In this document: positions 8,490 to 17,373 of the stretch, piece by piece
Numbering within the stretch: position 1 is the first letter of the stretch
How the letters are laid out: every line of letters starts with the position of its first letter
Assembly: GCA_031362905.1 (NCBI GenBank)
Contig: JANLTL010000498.1
Location: forward strand, 1 to 36,691
Length of the DNA stretch: 36,691 nt
From: Burkholderiales bacterium
GTDB taxonomy: Bacteria > Pseudomonadota > Gammaproteobacteria > Burkholderiales > JAEUOS01
Direction: 5' to 3'
Notes under the pieces: model-generated
Database searches by the model: none
What the model saw: the letters and a program-made list of their open reading frames with translations, nothing else
What the model was told of the DNA's origin: nothing
Position numbers and translations under genes: made by a program

Positions 8490-10802
8490 CTAAGCCTGCG
8501 CCCGCTGCAGGGCTTCGAGAATCTTCACCGGTGTGATCGGCAGCTCGGTGATGCGCACGCCGATCGCATCGTGCACGGCGTTGGCCACGGCGCTGGCAAT
8601 CGGCAGGATCGTCGCTTCCCCCGCACCTTTCGAGCCGAACGGCCCGGGGCCGTGGCCCTGCTCCTGCGTGATGGTGATGAAGTCGCGCGGCAGGTCTTCG
8701 GCCAGCGGCACGCGATAAGTCAGGGGATCGCCGTTGAGCAAACGCCCTGCGTCATCGTAGATCATGCGCTCGAACAGGGTTTGCCCGAGGCCCATGACGG
8801 CGGCACCGTCTTCCTGGCCCTTGCACACCAGCGGATTGAGCGAGCGGCCGGTATCGCCGCTGGCCACCAATTTGAGGATGTCGAGCTTGCCGGTCTCGGT
8901 GTCGACTTCAACCTCGACCGCACCCCAGCCGATCTCCCAGAACACGCACTGCGCTTCGAGCGGGGCGTGGTGATCCAGCGGCGGCTTGAAGTAGCCATCG
9001 GCGGAAAATTCATAGCCGGTGCCGCCGAAGTGGCGCATCACCAGCGGCATCAGCGGCTGGCGCTGTACACCGCGCACGATGACCGCATCGTCCAGCGTCA
9101 ACTCGCCGACCGGAGCATTCATTTCGAGCGCCGCGAACTCGAGAATCTGGCGCTTGAGCGCCTCCGCGGCGCGCATCACCGCGCGCCCCATCACGGCGAC
9201 GGCAGAGCTGGCATTGGTGCCCTGGTCAAAGGGTGTGAAGTCGGTATTGATTTTTGCGAAAGACACACGCTCGGTACGCGTACCCAGCACTTCGGCCACC
9301 AGTTGCGCGAGCGTCGTGTGCGCGCCCTGCCCGATCTCCACCGTACCGCAGTGCAGGAACACATCGCCGTTGGTGGTCATCTTGACGCGCGCCTGGGCCG
9401 GCTTGTTGACGCCGCCACCATCCTTGAAGCCAATGGCGAGACCAATACCGCGCTTTTTCGGCCCGGCGCCGCCACGCTGGCGGCCGTGATACCCAATGGC
9501 TTCGCACACGATGTCGAGACCGGCCTGCATGTCGCTGTCTACGCCGCTTTCGCCCGGCATGAAGGGTTCGCCCAATTTGAGCAAGTTGTGCTTGCGCATC
9601 TGGTAAGGATCGATCCCGAGGCGCCGCGCGATCATGTCGAGCTGCGACTCCGATGCCCAGCTCGCCTGGGTGCCGCCAAAGCCGCGAAACGGCCCCGCCG
9701 GCGCAGTATTGGTCATGACGCAGGCACAGCGCGAGTTGATGTGGCTCCAGCGGTAGGGCCCCGGAACGCGGTAGCCGGCCTTTTCTGCCACCAGGGGGCT
9801 GGCATCCGAGTAGGCACCGGCGTCGAGCAGGATCTCGCTGTCACGCGCGACCAGGGTGCCGTCGGCCATCACACCGGTTTGGAGACGCAAAATGGCTGCG
9901 TGTTGCGTGTTGGTGAGAAAACTCTCTTCCATCGTCAGGCACAGGCGCACCGGCTGGCCGGTCATCAGTGACAGCATGACTGAGACAGCTTCAGTCTTGA
10001 CATTGTTTTTGGAGCCAAACCCGCCGCCAATGTAGGGCACGTGCACGGTCACGCGGTTTTCCGGGCGTTTGAACATGCGCGCGATTTCCTTGCGCAAGGG
10101 AAACGGATTCTGGCAACTGGCCCAAACCTCGATCTGCCCGGCGCGCGCATGCGCGACGCTGACGAAGGGTTCGAGGTGGTAGTGCGTCATGCGCGAGAAG
10201 CGAAACTCGTCTTCGAACACGTGGTCGCAGCGTGCGAAGGCATCGGCGCTGCCGGTCTGATATGCGAATTCGTAGCAGACGTTCTTGCGCGGGCGCAACG
10301 CCGCACTGGCGCCGGCACCATAGGGCGGCACGATTCCAGCAGGCGCGGTCTCGAACAACGCAGGAAAGTCGTCAGCCAATGCTGCTTCGATGCTAGCCGC
10401 GACCGGCAGGCCGGCGTACACCACCTTGATCACCTGCAGCGCCTGCACGGCTACCGTTTCGGACTCCGCCACCACCGCGCAGACGATGTCACCGATATAG
10501 CGCACAGTATCGAGTGCGACCATCGGCTGGTCCTTGATGTAGTAGCCATAAAACGGCACCACGTGCGCCGGAATGTCGTCGCGGGTCAACACGGCGCGCA
10601 CGCCGGGCATGGCGCGCGCGGCGCTGGCATCGATCGACACCACGCGCGCGTGCGCGCGCGGACTGCGCAGCAACTTCGCATGCAGCATGCCGGGCAGGTT
10701 GATGTCAGGGCCGTAGAGGGCCTGGCCGCCGAGCTTGGCGCGCGCATCGCTGCGCGGCACCGAGCTGCCGACCTGCTTCAATGCGGACGCGACGGTGCTC
10801 AT
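8490..10802 (-). CDS. xanthine dehydrogenase-family molybdopterin-binding (large) subunit
   Basis: GGGFGSK, GPFRGFG, EIGQG, GPFGSKGAGE (catalytic Glu); ATG at 10802 overlaps upstream stop (ATGA). Confidence 0.95.
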   Translation of the reverse strand: MSTVASALKQVGSSVPRSDARAKLGGQALYGPDINLPGMLHAKLLRSPRAHARVVSIDASAARAMPGVRAVLTRDDIPAHVVPFYGYYIKDQPMVALDTVRYIGDIVCAVVAESETVAVQALQVIKVVYAGLPVAASIEAALADDFPALFETAPAGIVPPYGAGASAALRPRKNVCYEFAYQTGSADAFARCDHVFEDEFRFSRMTHYHLEPFVSVAHARAGQIEVWASCQNPFPLRKEIARMFKRPENRVTVHVPYIGGGFGSKNNVKTEAVSVMLSLMTGQPVRLCLTMEESFLTNTQHAAILRLQTGVMADGTLVARDSEILLDAGAYSDASPLVAEKAGYRVPGPYRWSHINSRCACVMTNTAPAGPFRGFGGTQASWASESQLDMIARRLGIDPYQMRKHNLLKLGEPFMPGESGVDSDMQAGLDIVCEAIGYHGRQRGGAGPKKRGIGLAIGFKDGGGVNKPAQARVKMTTNGDVFLHCGTVEIGQGAHTTLAQLVAEVLGTRTERVSFAKINTDFTPFDQGTNASSAVAVMGRAVMRAAEALKRQILEFAALEMNAPVGELTLDDAVIVRGVQRQPLMPLVMRHFGGTGYEFSADGYFKPPLDHHAPLEAQCVFWEIGWGAVEVEVDTETGKLDILKLVASGDTGRSLNPLVCKGQEDGAAVMGLGQTLFERMIYDDAGRLLNGDPLTYRVPLAEDLPRDFITITQEQGHGPGPFGSKGAGEATILPIASAVANAVHDAIGVRITELPITPVKILEALQRAQA

Positions 10803-11305
10803 GCTGCGCTCCCGGCGCGCAGTACCCGTGCAGCCTCTTGCACCGCCTCGATGATCAGCACATAACCGGTGCAGCGGCACACGTTGGAACTGATCCACTC
10901 AACGATGGTGTCATGGCTCGGGTCTGCATCGCGGTCCAGCAGCGCCTTGGTCAGCAGCACCATACCGGCCGTGCAGTACCCGCATTGAAACGCACTGCGC
11001 GCCACAAACGCCTGCTGGATCACACCCAGACTGCCATCCCCGGAGGCAAGGCCTTCGATGCTCAGCACCGCGCAACCGTTCACCTGAAAGGCAAAGGTGG
11101 AACAACTGGCCACCGGCGCGCCGTCCACCAGTGTCACGCAGGCTCCGCACACGCCACGCGAACAGCCGAGCTTGGTACCGGTGAGTCCCAAGTCGTCGTG
11201 CAGCAGATCGGCGAGCGTGCGTTCGATCGGGACATCGCGGCGCAGCAGTTGTCCGTTGACATGGCATTGCAGCGGATACCCATCCAAGGCGGCGGCTTCA
11301 GACAC
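10799..11305 (-). CDS. molybdenum hydroxylase 2x[2Fe-2S] (small) subunit
   Basis: GCSRGVCGACVTLVDG..SC, QCGYC, CRCTGY; GTG at 11305 follows GGAG. Confidence 0.95.
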   Translation of the reverse strand: MSEAAALDGYPLQCHVNGQLLRRDVPIERTLADLLHDDLGLTGTKLGCSRGVCGACVTLVDGAPVASCSTFAFQVNGCAVLSIEGLASGDGSLGVIQQAFVARSAFQCGYCTAGMVLLTKALLDRDADPSHDTIVEWISSNVCRCTGYVLIIEAVQEAARVLRAGSAA

Positions 11306-12170
11306 GTTCTGCTCCTGCAAGTTGACGGGCCAGCAATACCGATCCGGCGGCGACGCAGTAGGCGCGGGTTGCGACCGGATCGAAGAAGTCGCTGGGCAGT
11401 TGCGTAAAGGCCTGGTCGGCGATGTCTTTGGCCGCGCTCGCGATTTCGCGCAGTTCAGTGCCGGGCAAGTTCAGTTCCAGCAAGGCTGGGTGCAGGTATT
11501 CGGTGCCGACGGCACAGCGCAACCGCCAGCCCGCGCCGCCGCCATCGACGGGGCGGCGCAGGCATGCGGCCAGCGTGATCAGCGGGCGCATTGAGCGCTC
11601 GTAGGCGTACCAGGCAAGACCGCCGGTATCAATCGTGATGGCCGTCAACAAGGACCGTGGCGGGATGCGCCCGGCCCACAGATCAGCCGCCGCGAGCTTC
11701 GAAGCGCCCGCCGTGCTGGCGAACTCTAGCTCGGCCCCGATGGCGCTGAGCAGCAGCGCGCCTTCATAACGCGGGCGCAACGCCATCAGATTGCCGCCGA
11801 GGGTAGCGCGAAACCGGATGCGCGGATTGGAGATACGCGACCAGGCGTGCGCAAAGCCGGGCGCGCCTTCGCGCACCGTCGGGTGGCTGCAACCAGCACC
11901 ATGGGTGACGGCAGCGCCGATGCGCAGGTACCGTGCATCGGCGCTGACGGTGCGCAGCTCTGCCACATGCGCCAGATTGATCAATTCGCCAGGACTCAAG
12001 CCTTCGTTGAAGCGCGCCACCAGATCGGTGCCACCGCTCAGCAACACCGGGTTAGCGGCACGGCCGAGGGCATCGAGCGCTTCGGCCACGGTGCGTGGCT
12101 CGTATAACTTGAGCTTGGGCAGACTGCGCGCAGAAGTCGGAATCAGGCCGGCCGAACTCACCAGTTGCAT
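11298..12170 (-). CDS. molybdenum hydroxylase FAD-binding (medium) subunit
   Basis: PRTVAEAL, SGGTDL, IGAAVT, IRFRATLGGNL. Confidence 0.92.
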   Translation of the reverse strand: MQLVSSAGLIPTSARSLPKLKLYEPRTVAEALDALGRAANPVLLSGGTDLVARFNEGLSPGELINLAHVAELRTVSADARYLRIGAAVTHGAGCSHPTVREGAPGFAHAWSRISNPRIRFRATLGGNLMALRPRYEGALLLSAIGAELEFASTAGASKLAAADLWAGRIPPRSLLTAITIDTGGLAWYAYERSMRPLITLAACLRRPVDGGGAGWRLRCAVGTEYLHPALLELNLPGTELREIASAAKDIADQAFTQLPSDFFDPVATRAYCVAAGSVLLARQLAGAERV

Positions 12171-12263
12171 GGCATTACCTCTGGAAGGAGCGCATCGCGC
12201 CCCGAACTATCTGACAAGGGCGGGACTCCGGGCACCTCAACACCATCCCATGCTTTGCATCAT

Positions 12264-13328
12264 TCATGCGGGTTGCAGGGACGGTTTGGCCGTGGCTTGC
12301 AGCGCCAACCGCGCCTTTGCCTGATCGGTGGCGCGCTTTTCGAGCATGCGCCGCACCCGTGCGAGGCCCATATCGTGCTCGTACAAGAACTCGCGCTCGC
12401 GCGCGTCGGCCGGCATGCTCTCCAACACCCAGCGGTCTTGTTCGAGCACGTCCCAGTGCAGGCCCTCGAGCCGGTTGCGATAGAGAAAGCGCCAGACGTT
12501 GCGCTGCCAGCCCGACACTTTGCGGGTGCGCCAAAAGTACACCTGACAATGGGTCTCATCGACCGGCGTGGCGAAACCGGCAATCCCGAAACTGCCACCG
12601 GGGCCGTACTTCTTTTGATACGGAATGGTCAGGCGCAGCCACATGCAGCCAGTGTCGCCCAGCTCAACCCAGTCGAAGTTCACATCGCGCTGGCCGACCT
12701 TCTCGAATACGACACCGGTAGTCGTCTTGCGCACGCGCATCTCGGAGCGCTTGTCGCCATCGGCCATCGAGTGCGAGCTTGCGTGCAGATAGGCGCCGTG
12801 CATCGGGTCCATCACATTGTCGATGGCGTAGCGATAACTGGTGTTCCAGTTGGACAGACACAGGAAATGGGAATATTCATCCGAGACCAATTCTTCCGGC
12901 AGTTCGAGCGGTGCAGGTTTGGACGCAGGATCAACGCCGAACCAGAGAAACACAGCACCGGCGCGCTCCTCAACCGGATAGCTCTTGACGCAGGCCTTGC
13001 CTTCGAGCGGGCAATGCGCCGAGGCAGGCACTTCTTTCACAGTGCCGCTACCGTCGATCTGGATGCCGTGATACCAGCAGGCGACGCGATCGCCAAGGTT
13101 CCAGCCCAGCGACAGGCGCGCCCCGCGATGCGGGCAGCGGTCTTCGAGTGCGCGCACCTGGCCCGTGGCGTCGCGCCACAGCACGATGCGTTCGCCCAGC
13201 CGGGTGATGCCGACCGGTGCGTTGTGCACCTGCCAGCTCGGCGCGACCGGGTACCAGAGGTCGCGAATGCCGGTAGCGAGAATCTGCTGCGTGTGGCTTT
13301 CAATGGTGCTTGCTTCAAGAGTGTCCAT
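12264..13328 (-). CDS. Rieske non-heme iron ring-hydroxylating oxygenase, alpha subunit (no canonical beta subunit nearby)
   Basis: CPHRG..CWYHG Rieske ligands; NVMDPMHGAYLH and EQD mononuclear Fe ligands. Confidence 0.95.
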   Translation of the reverse strand: MDTLEASTIESHTQQILATGIRDLWYPVAPSWQVHNAPVGITRLGERIVLWRDATGQVRALEDRCPHRGARLSLGWNLGDRVACWYHGIQIDGSGTVKEVPASAHCPLEGKACVKSYPVEERAGAVFLWFGVDPASKPAPLELPEELVSDEYSHFLCLSNWNTSYRYAIDNVMDPMHGAYLHASSHSMADGDKRSEMRVRKTTTGVVFEKVGQRDVNFDWVELGDTGCMWLRLTIPYQKKYGPGGSFGIAGFATPVDETHCQVYFWRTRKVSGWQRNVWRFLYRNRLEGLHWDVLEQDRWVLESMPADAREREFLYEHDMGLARVRRMLEKRATDQAKARLALQATAKPSLQPA

Positions 13329-13358
13329 GTGGGGTCTCCGGTGGTCTGTGTGTTTGGC

Positions 13359-13655
13359 TCAAGCGCCGAGGCGTGCCATCTCGGCTTCGAACAAGGCCGC
13401 CGTCCACGCCGTGCCTGCGGCCGTGCGAAACGACTCGGCGTTGAAGTGCGACACGACCGCATCAATCGTTTCGGCACCGGTGACGAAGGCATGCTCGAGC
13501 GCATCGCCCAGCGCGTTTTCGTAATCGACGGGCTCGGTGGCACGGGTTTGCCAAACGATATTGGGCACCTGGCCGGGCACATCGATCTTGCCTTTGCCGG
13601 CGACATTGTTGGGCTGCGCCGGTTGCCAGGGCTTGAGATAGGGATTGAAGTTCAT
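13359..13655 (-). CDS. small recombinase-like HTH domain protein, Rieske oxygenase-associated
   Basis: 98 aa; YENALGDALE..F..G and G-x2-WT-x3-F-x2-EM-x-RLG pattern; AAGGAG RBS; between ferredoxin and oxygenase. Confidence 0.8.
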   Translation of the reverse strand: MNFNPYLKPWQPAQPNNVAGKGKIDVPGQVPNIVWQTRATEPVDYENALGDALEHAFVTGAETIDAVVSHFNAESFRTAAGTAWTAALFEAEMARLGA

Positions 13656-13681
13656 GGCGAGTTCTCCTTGGTCATCGTGAT

Positions 13682-13999
13682 TCATGCTGCGCTTGATTGC
13701 ACCTGAATGTCCTGCCCTTCCACGCGCACCGGAAAGGTTTTGACATCGCGGCAGGGCTCACCGCGCAAGTGTTTACCGCTAGTGACGTCAAACACCGCGT
13801 TGTGCAACGGGCACTCTACCTCGCAGCCGTCCACGAAGCCCTGGGTGAGCATGGCTGCCGCGTGCGGGCATACGTCTTCAATTACATGCAGGTTGCCGTC
13901 CACTTCATAGACACCAATCCTGATACTGCCCAGGCTCGCGCTCAAGGGCTGATCTTGTTCGACTTGGCCACGGGCGCCAACGGTAATCCAGGAATCCAT
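13682..13999 (-). CDS. Rieske-type ferredoxin
   Basis: CPH..VECPLHNAVFD. Confidence 0.95.
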   Translation of the reverse strand: MDSWITVGARGQVEQDQPLSASLGSIRIGVYEVDGNLHVIEDVCPHAAAMLTQGFVDGCEVECPLHNAVFDVTSGKHLRGEPCRDVKTFPVRVEGQDIQVQSSAA

Positions 14000-14040
14000 T
14001 GTGGGTCTCCTTTACGAAAGGTGAGTGGATGCGGCGCGGT

Positions 14041-15294
14041 TCAAGCGGATACGGAAGCGCCAGCCATCGCGTTGAGCGGCAGCTTGTTGAGGTCATTGCC
14101 CGGGTCGGACAGCGCCGCCAGATCGGGGTAGCGGTCGTCGCGCAGCCATTTGCGCGCGATCTTGATTTCGCGCCCGGCGTTGACCGCGGCCACGGCACGC
14201 ACCCGGGCGCCGTCACAGAAGAAATAAAGATGGGCGCGCTTGGCGGGTACATGGCGTTCGATCACCTGCATGCGCTCGTCTGGCAGACCCAGCAATTGCA
14301 GGTTGTCGTCGTACTGATCAGACCAGAACCACGGCGCAGCGTTGGCTTCTGCATCAGGCGCCAGGCCCAGTGCAGCCCTTGCGGCCGCCACTCCCTGGCG
14401 CTGCGCGTTCTCCCAGGATTCAATCCGCAAGCGCTTGCCATCGGGCCGCTGTGCGTTGGCGACGTCGCCCGCCGCAAAAATGGCAGGGTCGCTGGTGCGG
14501 CCATACGCATCGGTGAGCACGCCATTGCCAATCTCCAGACCGGCGCTGGCGGCGAGGGCGTCGTTGGCGACGAGGCCGATGCCCACCAGCAGCAGATCAC
14601 CGCCAAGCCGGTCGCCGCTCGCCAGGGTAATGGCGACGCCGGCGTCCGCCGTGTCGACGCGCTGCACCGCATCGCCCAGACGCACCGTCACGCCTTGCGC
14701 CGTGTGCAGCGCGAGCAAATGCGCGGATACACAGGGCGGCACCGTGCGCATACACAAGCGCGGTGCGGCTTCAACCAGCGTGACCGCCCGGCCCAGCAGG
14801 CGCGCCGACGCGGCCACTTCGAGTCCGATCCAGCCACCACCCAGCACCAGCACCTGCTGTGCCGCCAGGATGTCGCGCTTTAGGGCCAGCGCATCTTCAA
14901 AGGTGCGCAGGCTCGCAACGCGCGGGTGCGGTGCCAGACCTGGCAACTGGCGTGCACGCCCGCCATTGGCAAGGAACAACACGTCGTAGGCAATCGAATC
15001 GCCAGCGGCAGTGCGAATCATCTGTGCGGCGCGGTCAATCGATTCGACCGATTGACCTGGCCGCCAATCAATCTGCAACTGCGCGAACGCGTCATCGGCA
15101 ATCAACGCCAGATGCGCTACTGTCACTTCGCCTTTGAGCACTGCCTTGGAGAGCGGCGGACGCTCGTAGGCCCTGTGCGGCTCATCGCCCAGCCAGACGA
15201 TGCGGCCGCCGAAACCTTCACTGCGCAAGGTCAGCGCGATCCAGCGACCGGCCTGGCCGGCGCCGACGATGACGAAGGTGCGGGTAGCGCTCAT
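14041..15294 (-). CDS. glutathione reductase-type ferredoxin-NAD(P)+ reductase
   Basis: GAGQAG, YERPPLSK, GGGWIGLE, TSDPAIFAAGD, RIESWENA, PWFWSDQY. Confidence 0.95.
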   Translation of the reverse strand: MSATRTFVIVGAGQAGRWIALTLRSEGFGGRIVWLGDEPHRAYERPPLSKAVLKGEVTVAHLALIADDAFAQLQIDWRPGQSVESIDRAAQMIRTAAGDSIAYDVLFLANGGRARQLPGLAPHPRVASLRTFEDALALKRDILAAQQVLVLGGGWIGLEVAASARLLGRAVTLVEAAPRLCMRTVPPCVSAHLLALHTAQGVTVRLGDAVQRVDTADAGVAITLASGDRLGGDLLLVGIGLVANDALAASAGLEIGNGVLTDAYGRTSDPAIFAAGDVANAQRPDGKRLRIESWENAQRQGVAAARAALGLAPDAEANAAPWFWSDQYDDNLQLLGLPDERMQVIERHVPAKRAHLYFFCDGARVRAVAAVNAGREIKIARKWLRDDRYPDLAALSDPGNDLNKLPLNAMAGASVSA

Positions 15295-15322
15295 GGGTGG
15301 TGGCCCTTGTCCGTTGCGTCAG

Positions 15323-16279
15323 TCAGTCACGCTTGTCAGTCAGGAACTTGCCATCGGCACGATGGCCCTTTTGCCTGCGCGTATGGCCATCAATGCCACC
15401 GTCAACTGCCCACTCTGCAAACAGGGTTGGGCCAGGCTCAAACTCACGCGCGACCCACTCTTCGGTCAGCTCGTCATCATCCGCATAGTATTCAATCAGG
15501 CCGCCGGCCGGATTGCGGAAATACCAGAAGTAGGCCGACGAGATCGGATGACGCCCCGGCCCCAACTGGGTCTCCCAGCCGCAGCGGCTGAACTGCAAGC
15601 CGCCGCCGAATACTTCGTGAATATCGCGCACCGCAAAGGCCACGTGGTTGAGGCCGCGCTTGCCGTCCGGTGTGCTGAGCAAAAACAAATCGTGGTGCCC
15701 CCCGCGCGGCGCGCAGCGCATGAAAGCGCCGCGGCCGGGGTAACGGTCTGACGTAACGAACCCGAGCGCGGCATAGAACGCTTCGGTGGCTGCGAGATCG
15801 GCGACGAAGAACACCACATGCCCCACTTCGACCGGCGTGGCACGCTCGTACACGGTGCCACGCTGGTTGAGACGCGCGCGTTGATCCCAGGTATTCATTG
15901 CGACGCCCTGCACTTCCACCGCGCGCTTGACGCTCACTTGAAAGCGAATCGCCAGACCATTGGGATCGGTGCATCCCACGCCCGCCGCACCATCCACAAA
16001 GCCCGGCAGATTGAACATGCGCTCGCGCAACGCCGCGAGACTCGCCGCGTCGCGCACGCCCCAAACCACTTCACGCAGCGTCGGGCCATCCTCTATTGCG
16101 GATGGCAGGGTCACTTTCTCCGGATCGGCCACCAACACGCGGCAGCCGTTGAGAGACTCGAACACCAACCGCTCTGCGCTCTCCTCGAGCAGCCGCAAGC
16201 CCCAATCGGTGAAATAGCGGCGGCTGGTGGCGAGGTCTGACGCCCCGTAGGTGATTTCGTCGATGCCGAGAATGGTCAT
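15323..16279 (-). CDS. type I (VOC) extradiol ring-cleavage dioxygenase
   Basis: two VOC domains; GHVVF, HHDL, LNHVAF, GPGRH, YFRNPAGGLIEY metal/catalytic residues. Confidence 0.88.
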   Translation of the reverse strand: MTILGIDEITYGASDLATSRRYFTDWGLRLLEESAERLVFESLNGCRVLVADPEKVTLPSAIEDGPTLREVVWGVRDAASLAALRERMFNLPGFVDGAAGVGCTDPNGLAIRFQVSVKRAVEVQGVAMNTWDQRARLNQRGTVYERATPVEVGHVVFFVADLAATEAFYAALGFVTSDRYPGRGAFMRCAPRGGHHDLFLLSTPDGKRGLNHVAFAVRDIHEVFGGGLQFSRCGWETQLGPGRHPISSAYFWYFRNPAGGLIEYYADDDELTEEWVAREFEPGPTLFAEWAVDGGIDGHTRRQKGHRADGKFLTDKRD

Positions 16280-16312
16280 GGTGCCGTGATCCGGATAGGT
16301 GGCGCGTGAAAG

Positions 16313-17314
16313 CTACTCGGATTTGATGCCGAATTGCTGAACCAACTTGCCAAAGCGCTCGTCGTCGGACGCGATCTGCCTGGCCAACACCGCCGGGTCA
16401 CCGCCAATTGGCTCAATGCCCAGCGTGGCCATGCGTGCCATCACATCGGGCATCTTGAGGACTTCGTTGAAATGGCCATTGAGCGTGCGCACGATGTCGG
16501 CCGGCAGGCCTTTGGGGCCGACCAGGCCCATCCAGGCGCTGATATCGAGGTCTTTGTAGCCGAGCTCGATCAGGGTCGGCACATTGGGCATCAGCTTGGT
16601 GCGCGTGCGCTCGGCGACCGCGAGCGGGATCAGCTTGCCGGTGCTGACATGTTGTCCTACTGCACCCGGCGTGATCCAGCCAATCGCGACGTGCGCGCCG
16701 AGCGCATCCACCACCACTGGCGCAACGCCTTTGTAAGGCACGTGTGTGACCTTGATACCGGCCGCCAGATTGAGCATTTCGCCAGCGATGTGCATCGGCG
16801 AGCCGGTGCCGGGGCTGCCGTAGTTGAACGCCTTGCCAGCCTTGGCGTCAGCGATCAACTGCTTCATATCCTTCACACCAGAGGCCGGAGCGGTCACGGC
16901 GAGCAGCGGAATGTTGCCGGTCTTGATGATGGGCGTGAAGTCCTTGTTGACGTCGTGCGCAAGATTGGGACTGACCTTTAGCACGTGTTGCGCAATGGGG
17001 AAAGTGCTGGGCGTGAACAGCAGGGTGTAGCCGTCGGGCGCGGCCTTGGCCACATAGGAATTGCCAATCGTGCCGCTGGCACCGGGCCGGTTGTCGATCA
17101 ACACCTGCTGCCCGAGCCGGACAGAAAGTTTCTCGGCATAGGCGCGGCCAATCGCGTCGGTGTCACCACCAGCAGGATAGGAAACGACGATCGAGATCGG
17201 CTTGGCAGGCCAGGCCTGGGCAGCAGCATTGCCAGCGGCGAGCATGGCGAGGGCGGCGAGAGGGATGGACAGATTGCGCGTGGCAACCTGGAAAGCGGTT
17301 TTGCGGGTCATCAT
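16313..17314 (-). CDS. Bug/TctC substrate-binding protein of the catabolic operon
   Basis: WPAKPISIVVSYPAGGDTD, DNRPGASG, PDGYTL, HVPYKG; AAAGGAG RBS. Confidence 0.93.
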   Translation of the reverse strand: MMTRKTAFQVATRNLSIPLAALAMLAAGNAAAQAWPAKPISIVVSYPAGGDTDAIGRAYAEKLSVRLGQQVLIDNRPGASGTIGNSYVAKAAPDGYTLLFTPSTFPIAQHVLKVSPNLAHDVNKDFTPIIKTGNIPLLAVTAPASGVKDMKQLIADAKAGKAFNYGSPGTGSPMHIAGEMLNLAAGIKVTHVPYKGVAPVVVDALGAHVAIGWITPGAVGQHVSTGKLIPLAVAERTRTKLMPNVPTLIELGYKDLDISAWMGLVGPKGLPADIVRTLNGHFNEVLKMPDVMARMATLGIEPIGGDPAVLARQIASDDERFGKLVQQFGIKSE

Positions 17315-17373
17315 TGTCTCCTTTGATATCGACTTGCGGTAGGTGAGTGAAGCTATGGCAACTGGGTCGCGAT

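Noticed and set aside
8490-12170. Aerobic CO dehydrogenase (coxMSL)
   Set aside because: Active-site loop is GPFRGFG, not AYxCSFR, and no cox accessory genes are present
13359-13655. Site-specific recombinase marking a mobile element
   Set aside because: Too short, no catalytic domain, embedded among oxygenase components
8490-15294. Canonical picolinate (pic) or nicotinate (nic) cluster
   Set aside because: Upper modules are analogous, but no amidohydrolase decarboxylase, 2,5-dihydroxypyridine dioxygenase, maleamate amidase or maleate isomerase is present
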